From NCBI GenBank assembly GCA_039621445.1, contig CP154954.1, positions 45,611,847 to 45,675,846 on the forward strand: 64,000 nucleotides of DNA. The letters run 5' to 3'. Below, piece by piece: positions 1 to 12,200 of the stretch. Under the pieces are notes generated by a model. That model was not told the DNA's origin. It saw only the letters and a list, made by a program, of their open reading frames with translations, and ran no database searches. Each line of letters starts with the position of its first letter. Positions within the stretch are counted from its first letter, which is position 1. The position numbers were made by a program, and so were the translations under genes. The DNA comes from Euglena gracilis. Its lineage: Eukaryota.

Positions 1-2318
1 CAGCATCCTTTTCCCGCCAGCAGCCTTCTTCCAGCAGCCAAAGGGCGGCTGGACGGCAACAATTTTTCCGCTTTTGGAGGTGCAAAAAAATATGGGGCAA
101 AAATGGGCAAAAAATGGGAAAAGGGCTGTCCCGCTCAAATTTTGGGTCAAAGAATCAATGTGTTGCCCAATTTGCAGCTTTTTTTTGAAATCATTTCTGC
201 AGTTTCAAGTTTCTGTTACCCGGTTCGACTCTGTGTCGAGCTAACTTCAGCTGGTGGAGTGGGGTGGTCAGCCAGCAACCATTTTTCCAGCCGACACTCC
301 AACTCTGAGGTGCCCCCTTGTCAGCTCTGCCAGAGGGTGATATCAGGGGTTGGAGGAAAATGCAAGTTGCATAATTTGCATTTTTTGTGCAATCCTAACT
401 CTTGAAAACTTGATTTTTTTGCATAATTTGCTTTTTTGTGTATAATGAAAAAATTTGTGAAAAGTCGCATTTTTTGCATTTTTTGCATATTTTGCCTTTG
501 CGTTTTTTTGGGGGCATTTGTGCAGCACCTCAAGTTGCATGTAAATTTCTTTAGGAGCTCCCAGGGCTGTACGCTTTTCTGCTGGAGAGGACTTAGAAGA
601 AATTCAACTGCCCCAAAATGCAACACCAAAGGAAAATGTGGTGCAAACTTGCAAAATGATGTGCTTGGTTCACCAAGTTGCATCCACTTATATTTAATTG
701 AACAATTACTGCTGGAAATGTGAAATTGGTCCAAAAACATTTTTTTTTGCATTTTTTTGCATTGCATTTTTTGAGGAGCCTTGTGTCATATTCCCCCCTT
801 GTGATGTACAAACATATGGGCATGAAAAATTAAAAAAAATCACGTGGAGAATGTGGAATATGCAGTTTTGGTTATTTTACATCTTCAAGTATTGTGTGTA
901 TGTTATTTTCCACCGTGTTCTATATTTCTATCGTCTTTTTTAATTTTTTTTTGGATTTTGCATATTATTTTCTCAAATTGCAGCCCCCAAATGGACTCTT
1001 TTGTTTGAGTCCTCCAGATCTCGGTGCTCATTCGGCCCTTGCTCCAGGTTTCCCATCATTGTTACCTTCCATCCTGCTGGACCCTTGGAATCGCTTTGGG
1101 CAGTGACAATGGGTTTGATGGAATTGTGGTTGCGCATGTGGATGTTTTTTTTGTTTCCTCCCCCCCTCCCTCCCCGATATGGAGTAAGTTCAATACTTTG
1201 GGCTCAGGGCTGCATGGAAATCCCCAAATTGGGATTTCTGGGATTTTTGGGGGGGGTCGCCTCCCCCCCCTACTCCTGGTGGGTGGGGTCTGCCCCCCTC
1301 CCCCCCCCCCACCAGGCTTTCTTGTGTTTTCTGGGGCACTGCTTTTTAGGCAGGAAATTGGACCTTGCTTGGGGACACAACAATAATCCAGAACAGGATG
1401 TCCCAGAACAGGTCCCCCAGCTGGAACTTGGCCCGACCTGGGGTTGATCTGGGTACCAAAAAATCGAAACTCCAAAAATGCCCAAAAACTGCCAATTATG
1501 CAAAACATTTTTTGACCCAAAATTTGAGCTGGCCCAAATCTGACCCTTTTTTTGGCCATTTTTGGCCCATTTTTGCACCTCCAAAAGTGAAATATCTGTC
1601 ACTGTCCAGGTGCCCTTCGGGCGGCTGCAAAGTAATTAAAACTTGTCTATGGGGGAGGAGGGGGGGTCCGAGGCTGGAAAAGGCTGCTGGCTGGAAAAAC
1701 GGCTGTTGGCTGCCCCCCCCCCCGGTGTTTCATTTTTTCTTAAGCGGCGACCTGACACAGACCCCCAAAGCCCAGGCAGGGCTGCACGGGAAGGCCTGTA
1801 CGGCATGTGCGGGAAGGCAGGGGTGGGGTCGACCCCCACCCAGGGCAGAACGGGAATGCCAAACAGCCAGGGTGGTGGGTGGGGGCTGGACCCCCCCCCC
1901 CCCCCCACCTCTTCCCGTTGTTCTGGTGGCACCAATTTTTTTGGACCCCAAATTTTTTTCCCGCCTTCGGCACCGGGTGTTTTGACGCATATAGGAGGAC
2001 CCCCCCAAAACCCCCCACAGCCCCCTTTCCAACCCCCCTTTTTTTTCACACACCCTCCAAAAATTCAACATTTCCCCAAGATTTTGATTTTGAGGTTTTT
2101 GAAGCAAAAAATGCTATTGAAAATCCAAAAAAAGCCACCAACATGGTGCGGCTTGGAGTGTACCGTCCTGGCACTGTTTGGGGGCGTACCACCCGCCATG
2201 GGGATCCAGAAACGTTGGCCAAGGATCGTCTCCGCCCCCGCCCTGGTCACCGGTCCGAGGACAAACCACCCCGCAGTGCTTTTCCCGGCCATCAGCGGAG
2301 GAAACGTTCGTTGGGCGG

Positions 2319-5300
2319 GACTGTTGGGGGCGACCCCGCTGGAGCGAGCGGAGGTGGCGCTCTTGACGCGGTACCACGCCCGGAGGTTTTTTTGATGGTT
2401 GTTGGTGGCATGTCTTTTTTGTGCTGATTATCCTCACCAATGATATTTTGACCGAACCTTAAATTTCACCCTAGGGTGTGGGTCAGGGCCATACCATAAG
2501 GCTAAGGTTAAGTATATATAAGTATATATGTATATAAACCCCCCCAAATAATTATTTTTTCGCCCGAAGTCCCGGCCCGAGGGGGGGGGGGTATTATTTT
2601 CCCAAAATTTTCGAAATTTTTCAAAGTCCCGTAAACCCCAAAAAAAGCACCCAAAAACCCCCTTTGGGGTCACTTTTTGCATTGTGAAATTTACCATTTT
2701 TTGGAGGTCGGATGAGCCATAAAAATTGATTTTTTTTCGTAATTTGTTGTCAGAGATTGTGATTTTTACCTACATTTTCAGGTAAAAATCCGGGCCTTCG
2801 GCCCGAAATTGCGGGGGGGGGGGGGGGATTATTTCGGTGGCCGAAGTCGGACCCCAAGGGGGGGGGGGTCCGAAGTCGGACCCCAAGGGGGGGGGGGTAT
2901 TATTTCGGTGGCCGAAGTCGGACCCCAAGGGGGGGGGGGTATTATTTCGGTGGCCGAAGTCGGACCCCAAGGGGGGGGGTATTATTTGGGGGGAGGGTTA
3001 TATGTAAGTTTAAGGTATGTCCGACCCCACCTCCCCCCCCCCCGGGGGGGAGTGACTGACTGGTTCCAGACCCCTCCCCCCAGGGTGGGGTTGGCCAGAA
3101 ATGGCCGAAAGTGACCACCCGGCGCCGAAGGTTGATGGTTGTTGGTGGCATGTCTTTTTTGTGCTGATTATCCTCACCAATGATATTTTGACCGAACCTT
3201 AAATTTCACCCTAGGGTGTGGGTCAGGGCCATACCATAAGGCTAAGGTTAAGTATATATAAGTATATATGTATATAAACCCCCCCAAATAATTATTTTTT
3301 CGCCCGAAGTCCCGGCCCGAGGGGGGGGGGTATTATTTTCCCAAAATTTTCGAAATTTTTCAAAGCCCCGTAAACCCCAAAAAAGCACCCAAAAACCCCC
3401 TTTGGGGTCACTTTTTGCACTTTCTTGTGAAATTTACCATTTTTTGGAGGTCGGATGAGCCAGAAAAATTGATTTTTTTTCGTAATTTGTTGTCAGAGAT
3501 TGTGATTTTTACCTACATTTTCAGGTAAAAATCCGGGCCTTCGGCCCGAAATTGGGGGGGGGGGTATTATTTTGGTGGCCGAAGTCGGACCCCAAGGAGG
3601 GGGGGTCCGAAGTCGGACCCCAAGGGGGGGGGGGGGCCCATTCCGGCGGCGCAAGTCGGACCCCAAGGGGGGGGGGGGGGGGGGGGTATTATTTCGGTGG
3701 CCGAAGTCGGACCCCAAGGGGGGGGGGGGGTATTATTTGGGGGGAGGGTTATATGTAAGTTTAAGGTATGTCCGACCCCACCTCCCCCCCCCCCGGGGGG
3801 GAGTGACTGACTGGTTCCAGACCCCTCCCCCCAGGGTGGGGTTGGCCAGAAATGGCCGAAAGTGACCACCCGGCGCCGAAGGCGCTGGAAAATAGTTTGG
3901 ATTTTTGACCAAAATCGGTTGATTTTTTTGACATTTTTGGCCAAGTGGCCAAAGCGATTGACCCCCCCCCCGAGCGTCGGTAAGCAATGGTTTGGTCATG
4001 GCGCCTTTTTCCAGCGTCAGATTCCCTTTCCTCCCCCCCCATCGACGAGTTTTATTTATTATTTTGCAACCACCCGAAAGAAGGCTGGGCGGTGGCATGT
4101 TTTGGTGCAAAAGTGGGCCAAAAATGGATCATAAAAGGGCTGGCCAGCTCAAATTTAGGGTCAAAAGTTCAAAATTTTTCCATAATTGGCATATTTTTTC
4201 CCACCTTTTTTGCATACGTATGCATATTTTGTCAAATCTTTTTTGTGTTAACCAAAATTTTATTGTATTCATCGGTGTCCACCAACTTTTTTATGTTCGC
4301 CTGTGCTCACCAAAAAAAAATGTGTTCGCCAGCTTCTTTGTGAACACACTAAGTGCATGTCTGGTTGGCGCCCCGCGGGACTGACCCGGGGGTCCCAAAG
4401 ACGAGGCCTCTGCCCCCGACCTGTACCTGGCGCCGGTGCAGGGCGCGATGTACCGCGCGATGGGGGCGGAGGAGCGGCGTGCGGGGCTGCAGCAGATCCA
4501 CCGGCCGGGCCCTTGGGGGCAGCCCCATCCCCAAGCCCGGCCGGAACCGCATCGGCTGGAGCACTGCCGTTCTCCAGGTCGGAGTCCCCCCCCCTTTGGG
4601 GGTTGCCATGCTCCCCACAGGCGGCGGTCCGTCACACACGTCACGCGTGCATCACGCTGTCGCAACCCACACCGATCCCCATTCTGTCTGGGATGGCCAA
4701 CGCCCCCCCCCCTCCGCCGGCGGGGGGGCAGCAGCTGCGCGTCATCGAGGGCCGGGCCAGGGTGGCCCCGTACCTGGCCGGCTCCGAGCCCACCGCCGCG
4801 GACGCCGCCCTCTTCCCCACGGCGGTGTTCCTGAACTTCATCCTGCCGCGCCATTTCGGCTGGGCCTCGGCCTTCGACGGTGTGCGCGGTGCTGAGCCGC
4901 CCATCAAAAGGGAGGGGGTGTCTTGTGAGGAAGGCCTTCCTTGCCACCACCTCAGTGCAGCGGCAACCTTGACCCTGCAACGGCATGCGAACCAGCGTCT
5001 CAGGATGATTGTGATCAAGGCGTTTTCCTGAAATGAAAGAATTTGGCCAGGTGTTCATTAGAAAGCCTTCGGAGTATGCAAAGCTTTTAAAATTTCAGGG
5101 ATGGCGTGCCAGATGTCTTATTTAGGATCTGCCTGACAGTGAAGAGATCTTTTATCAAGTGTCTTAAATCACGGAAGGGAGGTTACCGCATTGAGCATCT
5201 CACCTCCAACCAGATTAAGAGTGCATGGAATGCGAGGAAGGCAAAGGAAAGCAGAAATTGTTATGAGGCAGCCCCTTGCAAGACAACCTGAAGTATGTTC

Positions 5301-6100
5301 GGTGGACAAAGTTTAAGGCACTCCTCTGATAAAAAGAGGAATGCAGGACAGCAGGTCGCAGGTTTCACTTGTCACTGGCGTGGACATCCCAGCCCGCCAA
5401 GCTCTGAACCCCCTCCGCTGCAGGATGCCCGAAGTTGGCCCAGTGGTTCGACTTCCTGTCCAGAGACCCACACACAGGCTCCGGCACTGGAAGTTGGCCC
5501 CGTGCGCCAGGGGGGGATCCTCCCCCGTCGCTGGCGCAGAGTGCCGGGCCCAATTTGGCCCCATTTCCCAATTCAAGCCTCACAGTTCCTTCTTTCCTGT
5601 TTGGCCTCACCTCCATGGTAATGCATATGGATTGGCTCTCCATTTCGCCCTCCATTCCAGAGGTTTTTTCAAGTTTGGTGACTCCGTTGGAGCAAAGTGG
5701 GTCTCCCTGGTGTTCCCCAGGGAGTGGGTGGGTGGGGAACCCCTCCTCCCTCCCCCTGTTTTAAAACAGCCACATCTGCCCCATTCCTCCCTCATCATCA
5801 TCCTCACCACTCATCACCACCCAAAACCCAACGCCCCACCCAATCCGATGGCGGACCGTCAGCGGCTCAGCACTCAGCGCCCAAGTTCAATGCGGCCCCG
5901 CGCCGGGGAGGGAAGGGGGGAAGGGGGGGCGGCGGCCCGCCGGGACGGGCTCCGCCGGGGCCTGCCCTCAGGGGGCCCGGGTTCGGGCGGAGGTGGAGGG
6001 GGGGCTCGGCGGGTGGGAGGCCAACCGGCGGTGGGACACGCTGGGCATCACGGAGCAGGTGCGGACCTCCGGCCTGAAGTTTGCTCCGCCGTTTGTGTAG
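2319..6100 (+). CDS. Glutathione S-transferase-like gene, 3' part (spliced; 5' exons not resolved)
   Basis: Exons ~2319-2377, 4418-~4500, ~4726-4879, 5424-5471 and 5970-6100 join to ...LLGATPLERAEVALLTRYH|DLYLAPVQGAMYRAMGAEERRAGLQQI..QQLRVIEGRARVAPYLAGSEPTAADAALFPTAVFLNFILPRHFGWASAFDG|CPKLAQWFDFLSRDP|QGARVRAEVEGGLGGWEANRRWDTLGITEQVRTSGLKFAPPFV*. This includes the GST C-terminal hallmarks PYLAG..T.AD and PKL..W. The family call is from motif recognition. The ~4500/4726 junction lies in a G-run and is approximate. Confidence 0.75.
2393..3882. repeat. Tandem duplication of a ~740-bp composite repeat unit inside the intron
   Basis: tgatggttgttggtggcatgtc begins at 2393 and again at 3133; the downstream sequence of the two units is near-identical. 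Confidence 0.9.
2536..3000. mobile_element. MITE-like element (TIR aacc(c/t)ccccccaaataat); further copies at ~3276-3751 and a short one at ~6481-6572
   Basis: Inverted termini aacccccccaaataat / attatttggggggagggtt, internal ccgaagtcggaccccaaggg repeats, TA-rich flanks. Confidence 0.6.
5472..5969 (+). other. Non-conventional intron
   Basis: acaCAGGCTCCGGC pairs with GCCGGGGCCTGccctc (11 bp, one G-U); splicing restores RDP|QGARV. Confidence 0.85.
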
Positions 6101-9100
6101 TAGAGACGGCCATTCAGGGTCCCCAGCAGGATTTCCAGGCTGCAGGGCTGCGGTGTGTGCAACGCTTTTGACTGGATCGTGGCATTTTAGTGCGGAGAGT
6201 GTATGTCCCCTGTCTTCAGTCCGGAGGAGCACGCTGAAAAATGATTTCATCCGAAGGTAGTGCCAATTTTTTCCAGAAAGAGTTAACGTCAAATTTGTCT
6301 TGTTTGTTTGTTTGTGGCTCACTTTCATCAAAGTCATGAATTTTGGTTTTCATAAATTTTTACGCTTAACTGTGTACGAAGAAAAAATATTCCTTTGTTT
6401 GTGAATATTGTTTTTGCTGGGGGGAAATTGAACATCTGTAAATTTCCTATTCTGACCCTTGCAGTGCGTTGCACATCAGCTAACCACCCCCAAATAATAC
6501 CCCCGGGGTATTATTTTTTCGTCCGAAGTCCCGGCCCAGGGGGGGGGGGGGTATTATTTGGGGGGAGGGTTTAGTTACAGCTTCAGCACACACCACTGAA
6601 GACATTGGAAAACTCATTTTGGCTCCATGCTTCGCAATTGAAGTTTGGTGGCCGTCGTTCCATCATTTGTCCTCTCGCCGCAATCCCACGTACAATCCAT
6701 CGACCAGATGGCCAGTTTTTGGATCCCTCCGCTTGCCACCTCCAGGGAGCCTCCGGCCCCTGTGCTTGCCAGGTGCCAAGAAGAACCTTTTTTGCTCTCG
6801 CCGAAGAGGGGGACGGATGCCTGTGACCCTCGAGCCTGCAGTTTATGAGACGTGTGGCCCCACACATCTGCATTCTGGGTCGGGTCCTTTCAAGGGTTGC
6901 AGACCCTCCTGGGTTCCTTTTGTGTTGAATTACACTGGGGATAAAGATAGTTTGCATTTTGTGAACGCCCGGGAATCACATCGGAACCTCTGGTGCGTGT
7001 TTTGTGGTGTTCCCCGACAAACTTTTGGGAAAGATCACACCATTGGTACAGCCACAATTGCAGTCTTTCACCAATCCCACCCCACCCCACTCGCATGAGC
7101 TGAGGTGCTGTTGACGTTCCAACAATGGCTGGCTTTTGCACCGAACCTAATCTGCCCATCAATTAGGCGCCTGGGGTGTCTCTGGGGGTCTCTCAAAATG
7201 GGGCAGGGCACAAAGGTGTGTGGATGTGAGCCCAACCCATGCTGGTGCTGGTGGTGCCCCCCTCCTGGATGGCGCAAATTTTTGGGCCCCATATTCATTT
7301 TTGTGGCTTTCACTGAAGAAGATTCTTTTTGTGAATTGTCATGGTTGGTTGGGACACTGACCTCCCCCACCTCCCAGTTTTGGGGGGAGCACCAACCGTT
7401 TTTCCATACAGTTGTGCCCAGGGGAGGGTCGCCTCCATTTGGTATTGCTGCTCTGGTCCACCCCTGCAGCGGAACACAAAGGAATCCATCATTTATCTCT
7501 CCCCACCCAGTCCACCGTCATGCGTCTGTCTGTGTCAGCCCGTTTGTGTGTTGGGCCTCCTGCAATGAGATAACCTCCCCGTGTGGGTGACAGAGGTTGT
7601 GTTTTGTGGTCCACCCCTTCGGGGGGTCCTGGTGCCTTCATCACTACAGGGGCAGCTCTCTCCACACGCCCGTATGTCAGCCACTGCCTCCATCTATGCC
7701 ACTGTGACCGCAGCGGTGGTGGTCATTCGGTTGCTTGACCCAGGTTTCGACCAGTTTGTTGGTGGTGTTGGGGGGGGGGGTGATTAACGTGTTGTGGTGT
7801 GGGATGAGTTCTTGGTTAACCTTGTTTTGGACACCCGCAGTGCTTTTGCCCCCTGTGGCTTGTGCGACAGTCGTGCTCATCCCCCCCCCCCACTAACCCA
7901 CGGGGCAACCACAAAATTAGGGGACCGTTGGCACTGATTCCCGATTCATGCAGCCAGTCAGCATCGTTTTCCCGGACCGGCTGGGTGGCTGCCTGATTGG
8001 ATCTGTTTGGAAGACGCAGGCCCAGCCCCCCGCCTTGTCCCCACACACTGTGCCAGGCAGCAACGGGATGCCGGGGATCGCTGTCAGGGCCCTCTGCCTC
8101 CTCCTGCCGGCCATCCCGTCCACCGGCCATTTCCTCCGGCCCAAGGGCCAGCCCATTTTCTATTTCTGGGCCGACTGGGACCAGGCCGTATTTTAGTCGG
8201 GTGCCGACTCCACCCCGGGGGGGGGGGGGGTGCCTGCCTGGGCAGTCACTCCAAGGCACTCCCGATCTGACCCCGGGGGGGGGGGGGGAGGCACACGGCC
8301 AAAAGTGCCCTGGCACAGACCCCGGCGCCTGGTGCTGGGGAGCCAAAAATGGCCTTTTTTCAAAGGATTGTGCCTGGGCGCAGGCCGAAATCCGACCCCC
8401 CCCCCGGGGGGGGGGGTAGTGCCTGCCTGGGCAGGCACTCATAGACACCCCGGACCCCCCTCCCCCCGGGGTTGGGAAAAAAAACAGCCTGATTGGGACT
8501 CTTTGGGGCTACATGCAAGCGGGCATGAGAGAGGCCAACCGAAGTCCCCCCCCCCAGACACTCGTTTTTCCCCCTTGTCCCCCCAAGGTGCTTGAAGGAG
8601 GCACCAAGTTAGGAACCTTCCTTTCCTGCCTGTGTGTGTGTGTGTGTGTGCTTTGCCGTTTTTGGTGCTTTTTGCATCCTCTTCGACATTTAAGCACCGG
8701 CATTTACCTTTGAACAAACATGCCCAAATTAATTACGCTATCCCTTGCCAGCGCCGTCCCACGTTGCCTCCCGCCCCGCCACTCCCGCCATTCCCGCCCC
8801 GTTTGTCGGGATCCTTGCTGCCGGCAGGGGAGGGCGTCTTTCCCATGCCGGTCGCCGGGGCACTGCGTTGCATTCGGCCCCCGCCAAGGTCCCCCCCAAA
8901 AAAATTCTCCTCCCTGCCGACTATCAGCGAAATTGCAAATAAAAGGGACCAGGCAAGACTCCCCCAGAGGAAAGGCCACAAACAACCCGACCCCCGGAAC
9001 AAATATGGCCCCCTCCAATGGATTGGGAGCCACCGATTCAAAGGGTTGACCGGGGTCTTACACAGGGAGATGGCAGGGTGGGGCGTTACCCGGTCCACCT

Positions 9101-9289
9101 ATGTTTGGGCCCGGCACTGGGGCCCCCATCCCCCGCCCCTGCTCCGGGCAAAGGAGGGTCATTATTGACTGACGGACCAAGATTGGAGGTGATGGATCGA
9201 CTTTTGTCCCACCGGAGGGCGCTGAAGGGCAGCACGGGGCCCATGGGGAAGTCCGGAGGGCGGGGGCCCCGGCCGCGGTCCGGACAGGC

Positions 9290-12200
9290 CCTACCTCGAC
9301 GCAACAGGCGGTCTCAACGAGCGAGGGCCCTCTGGAGTCGTACCGCCGTGGCCGGACCGGCGGCGTTTCCGGCTGCTCGAGGCATGGTCTGGGCCCAGCC
9401 CCCTCCGGCGGCCTCCTCCACGCCCGCCCTTGCCGAACACCCGGCGGCCGCACCGCCCGCCTCCCGAACGCCGGCGGTCTCCCTGGCGGCGTTCCTGCTG
9501 ACAGCGCTCACCACCGCCTTTCTCTGCCGCCGGCGACGAACCCGTCAGCCGGACCCAGTGGTGTGCCTCTCCCTGGCCGGCGACGCATCCCGGGCAGGAG
9601 AGGCTTTGGAGGTCCGATGCCCGTTCCCTCGCACTTTGCAGCGCCGCCTCTTTCCCATTTGTGGGCGTAGTATGCAGTAGTTGTATGTAGTGTGCCGCTC
9701 GGTGGTTGATGGTGGCTTGGTGTGGGTCGCCACCGCGCGCATTACCGTGAGCTGCTGGGGAAGTCGTGAAGACGTTCGCACGCAACGGCACCGGCAGAGC
9801 GCGCAACAGTTTTTTGTTTGGGTGCTTGCACCGTCCAACGAGGTTGCTTTTCCGCCATTTAGCCCCCTGCCCCCAGACAGTCAGCATAGCCGCGCGCCTA
9901 TTGGATTGCACCTCCACCTCCTGCAGCTTCAGAATCGGCGAGGAGATGGGTAGGGGGGTGACTCTGCTGCCCAGGCCCTGAGTTCCCACCGCTCCCGCGT
10001 CGCGCCGCTGCGGGCGAGCCTCTTCGACCTCTTCAAGCCGCCACGGTACGAGGAGGAGCCGGAGGGCGGGGGGTGGCGGTGGCAGTGCCGGAGGACGACG
10101 CGGAGACAGCGGCGCTGCGGCGCACGGTGCTGCCCAGACTTGCATTTAATGCGCCGCTGGAAATTTTTTCTGCGCCGCGTGCGCCATGGAAAAGATTTTT
10201 GTGCGGCGGCAAACTTCGCCGCGGCACACTAAATGAAAGTCTGGTGATGCCCGGCACGCGGCTCGAGTCCCTGCCCCTCGCCCTCGCGTACGACGCGACC
10301 CGTGATGGCTGGTCCGCCGCCGCCTTCCGCCCAGACCTCCCCGCAGTTTGCCAGCCCTCTCATCTGTGTGGCTTTCATTACTGTGGCCCCAGCCTCCCAC
10401 AAGGTCAGGTGGCATGGGATGCGGCCATTCCTAACCCCCACCGGCACCTGACGGCGGCGGGGGGCTCTGATGCCACCGGTTGGTCGACAACCGCGGCCCC
10501 GCTATCCTTGTGGGGAAGACCACCACCGGAGTGCTGTGCGGCGGCCTTAGCCCCAATCAGACAATTTTTTAAGCACTGTCCCACCCCCTGGGGGGGTGAC
10601 TGACTGGTTTTTTCAGAGTGACTGACTGGTTTTGGGCCCGGACCAAAACCAGGTCCGGCCCGGACCCCCTCCCCCCCTGGGGGGGGGGGGGGTCGGCCAG
10701 GGGTGGGCAAAAGTGGCTTGAGTGACCCCGGCGCCGAAGGCGCCGGGAAAAATTTTTTTGGCCTAAAATGGCCTAAAGTGAATGGAAAGTGGCTGGTTTT
10801 CCTGAGTGGCCGACCCCCCCCAGGGGGGGTAGTGACTGACTGGCTTCCCAAAGAAAAGTGACTGACTGGTTTTTCAAAAAGTGGAGTGACCCCCCCCTCC
10901 CTCCCCCCCCCCGGGGGTCGGTAAAAAATTGTATGGCCCCAATACCCCCCTTGGGCGGGGGGGGGGGGGGGGGTCGGGGGAGGGGGGGGCACCACCCAAC
11001 CACCAGAGGGGGACAGCCGCCGGGGCCGTTCGGGGCATACAACGGCATCGGGTGGGCGTCGACGGGCGACCTGCTGGAGACGCGCAACGCGTTCCTCTTC
11101 CACAGCCCCACCTGCGCCCTCGACGACAGCGTGGAGGTGTTGGCCCGCATCCCGGGCCTGCCCTCCGTGTACGACCTCGGCGGGCAGGGCCCCCCCCAGG
11201 GGACGGCGATCGGTGATGTGCAACGACATATTTCTCTCGGTGAAGATAATCCAGCCTCGGGAAAATTATTTTTTTCCAGGCCGAAAAGATGTTCAGGTGG
11301 GTGTGGGCAGAGAAACTTCATTTTGTCCATCAGACCTCCCCCTCTCTTGACCGCTGGGGAGGTGCGTGGTGGGGGGAGTCCAACGCCCCCTGTGCCCGGC
11401 TTTTGGGGCGGATGGGCTGCGGATCCCCCTCGTCAAGCAGGTGTACACACAGCCACGCCTCAGCATTGTCGCCGGCAGATCTCGAGGACTCCGAAACAGT
11501 TTCAAGGTTGAGAAACACAAAGGGACCATCCATTTCTCAAGTGGAACCCAATTTCCAAAGGATTTAGAACCAAATTTGGTTGGGGATGGGTTGTCGTTTC
11601 CATTGATGGCAGACGATCACCCGCCCTGAAATCTTCGTTTGGTTGAGCTTCAGCTCTTCCCATATTGAGAAGCTGTCATCAGATTTGATGTGCTGCTCAA
11701 GCTTCGACACGTTGGAGGTTGCTTTGTCCAGGTGTGGCTCACCGCACCTTCCAAGTCAGCCGCCGCCAACCAGAAGAAGGGCAACCAACAATCCCATTCC
11801 TCTGGGCCTCCCCGGGGGGGGGGGGGCAGCAACCTCCCGGCACATTGCGGAACGGTGTCCTGAACCGTGTTTCGAACCATGTCCTGAACGGTGTCCCGAA
11901 CTGTGTGTGGAACGGTGTCTGGAACGGTGTCCACGTCGCCCCGTCGCCTCTCCCCCACCCCCCGTTCCGCAGAGGTGGCCGGGGGTGTGCCGGGAGGTTG
12001 CTGCCCCCCGGCGGCCCGCGCTGGGGCGTGGGGCCGGTCCAAGCTGCGGGCCCGCGAAATGGGTCTCCTGGACGACGACGGGGACTTCGCCCTCGACCGC
12101 AGCCACCGCAGGTCCTCCGCCCTCGGCACGTACTACGAGGCCCGCGCCGACGGGCTGCCGTCCCTCTTCGGCCCCACCACCGGGCAGGGGCCGGCCGCCG

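Larger units (their letters stand above)
2378..4417 (+). other. Non-conventional (euglenid-type) intron, 2,040 bp
   Basis: 5' end gccCGGAGGTTTT pairs with 3' end GAGGCCTCTGccccc; no GT/AG; removal gives in-frame TRYH|DLYL. Confidence 0.75.

Noticed and set aside
103-2140. Numerous short ORFs
   Set aside because: They arise from low-complexity MITE-like repeats and G/C/T homopolymers, with no protein motifs.
2150-2318. Extra GST exon (~2150-2203) and non-conventional intron (~2204-2318)
   Set aside because: A stem (CAGAAACGTT/AACGTTCGTTG) is suggestive, but frame and borders could not be fixed, so it was left out of the gene model.
10067-10073. Programmed frameshift or pseudogenisation of the TLDc gene
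   Set aside because: The shift lies in a G homopolymer, like many others in the window; a sequencing error is the simpler explanation.
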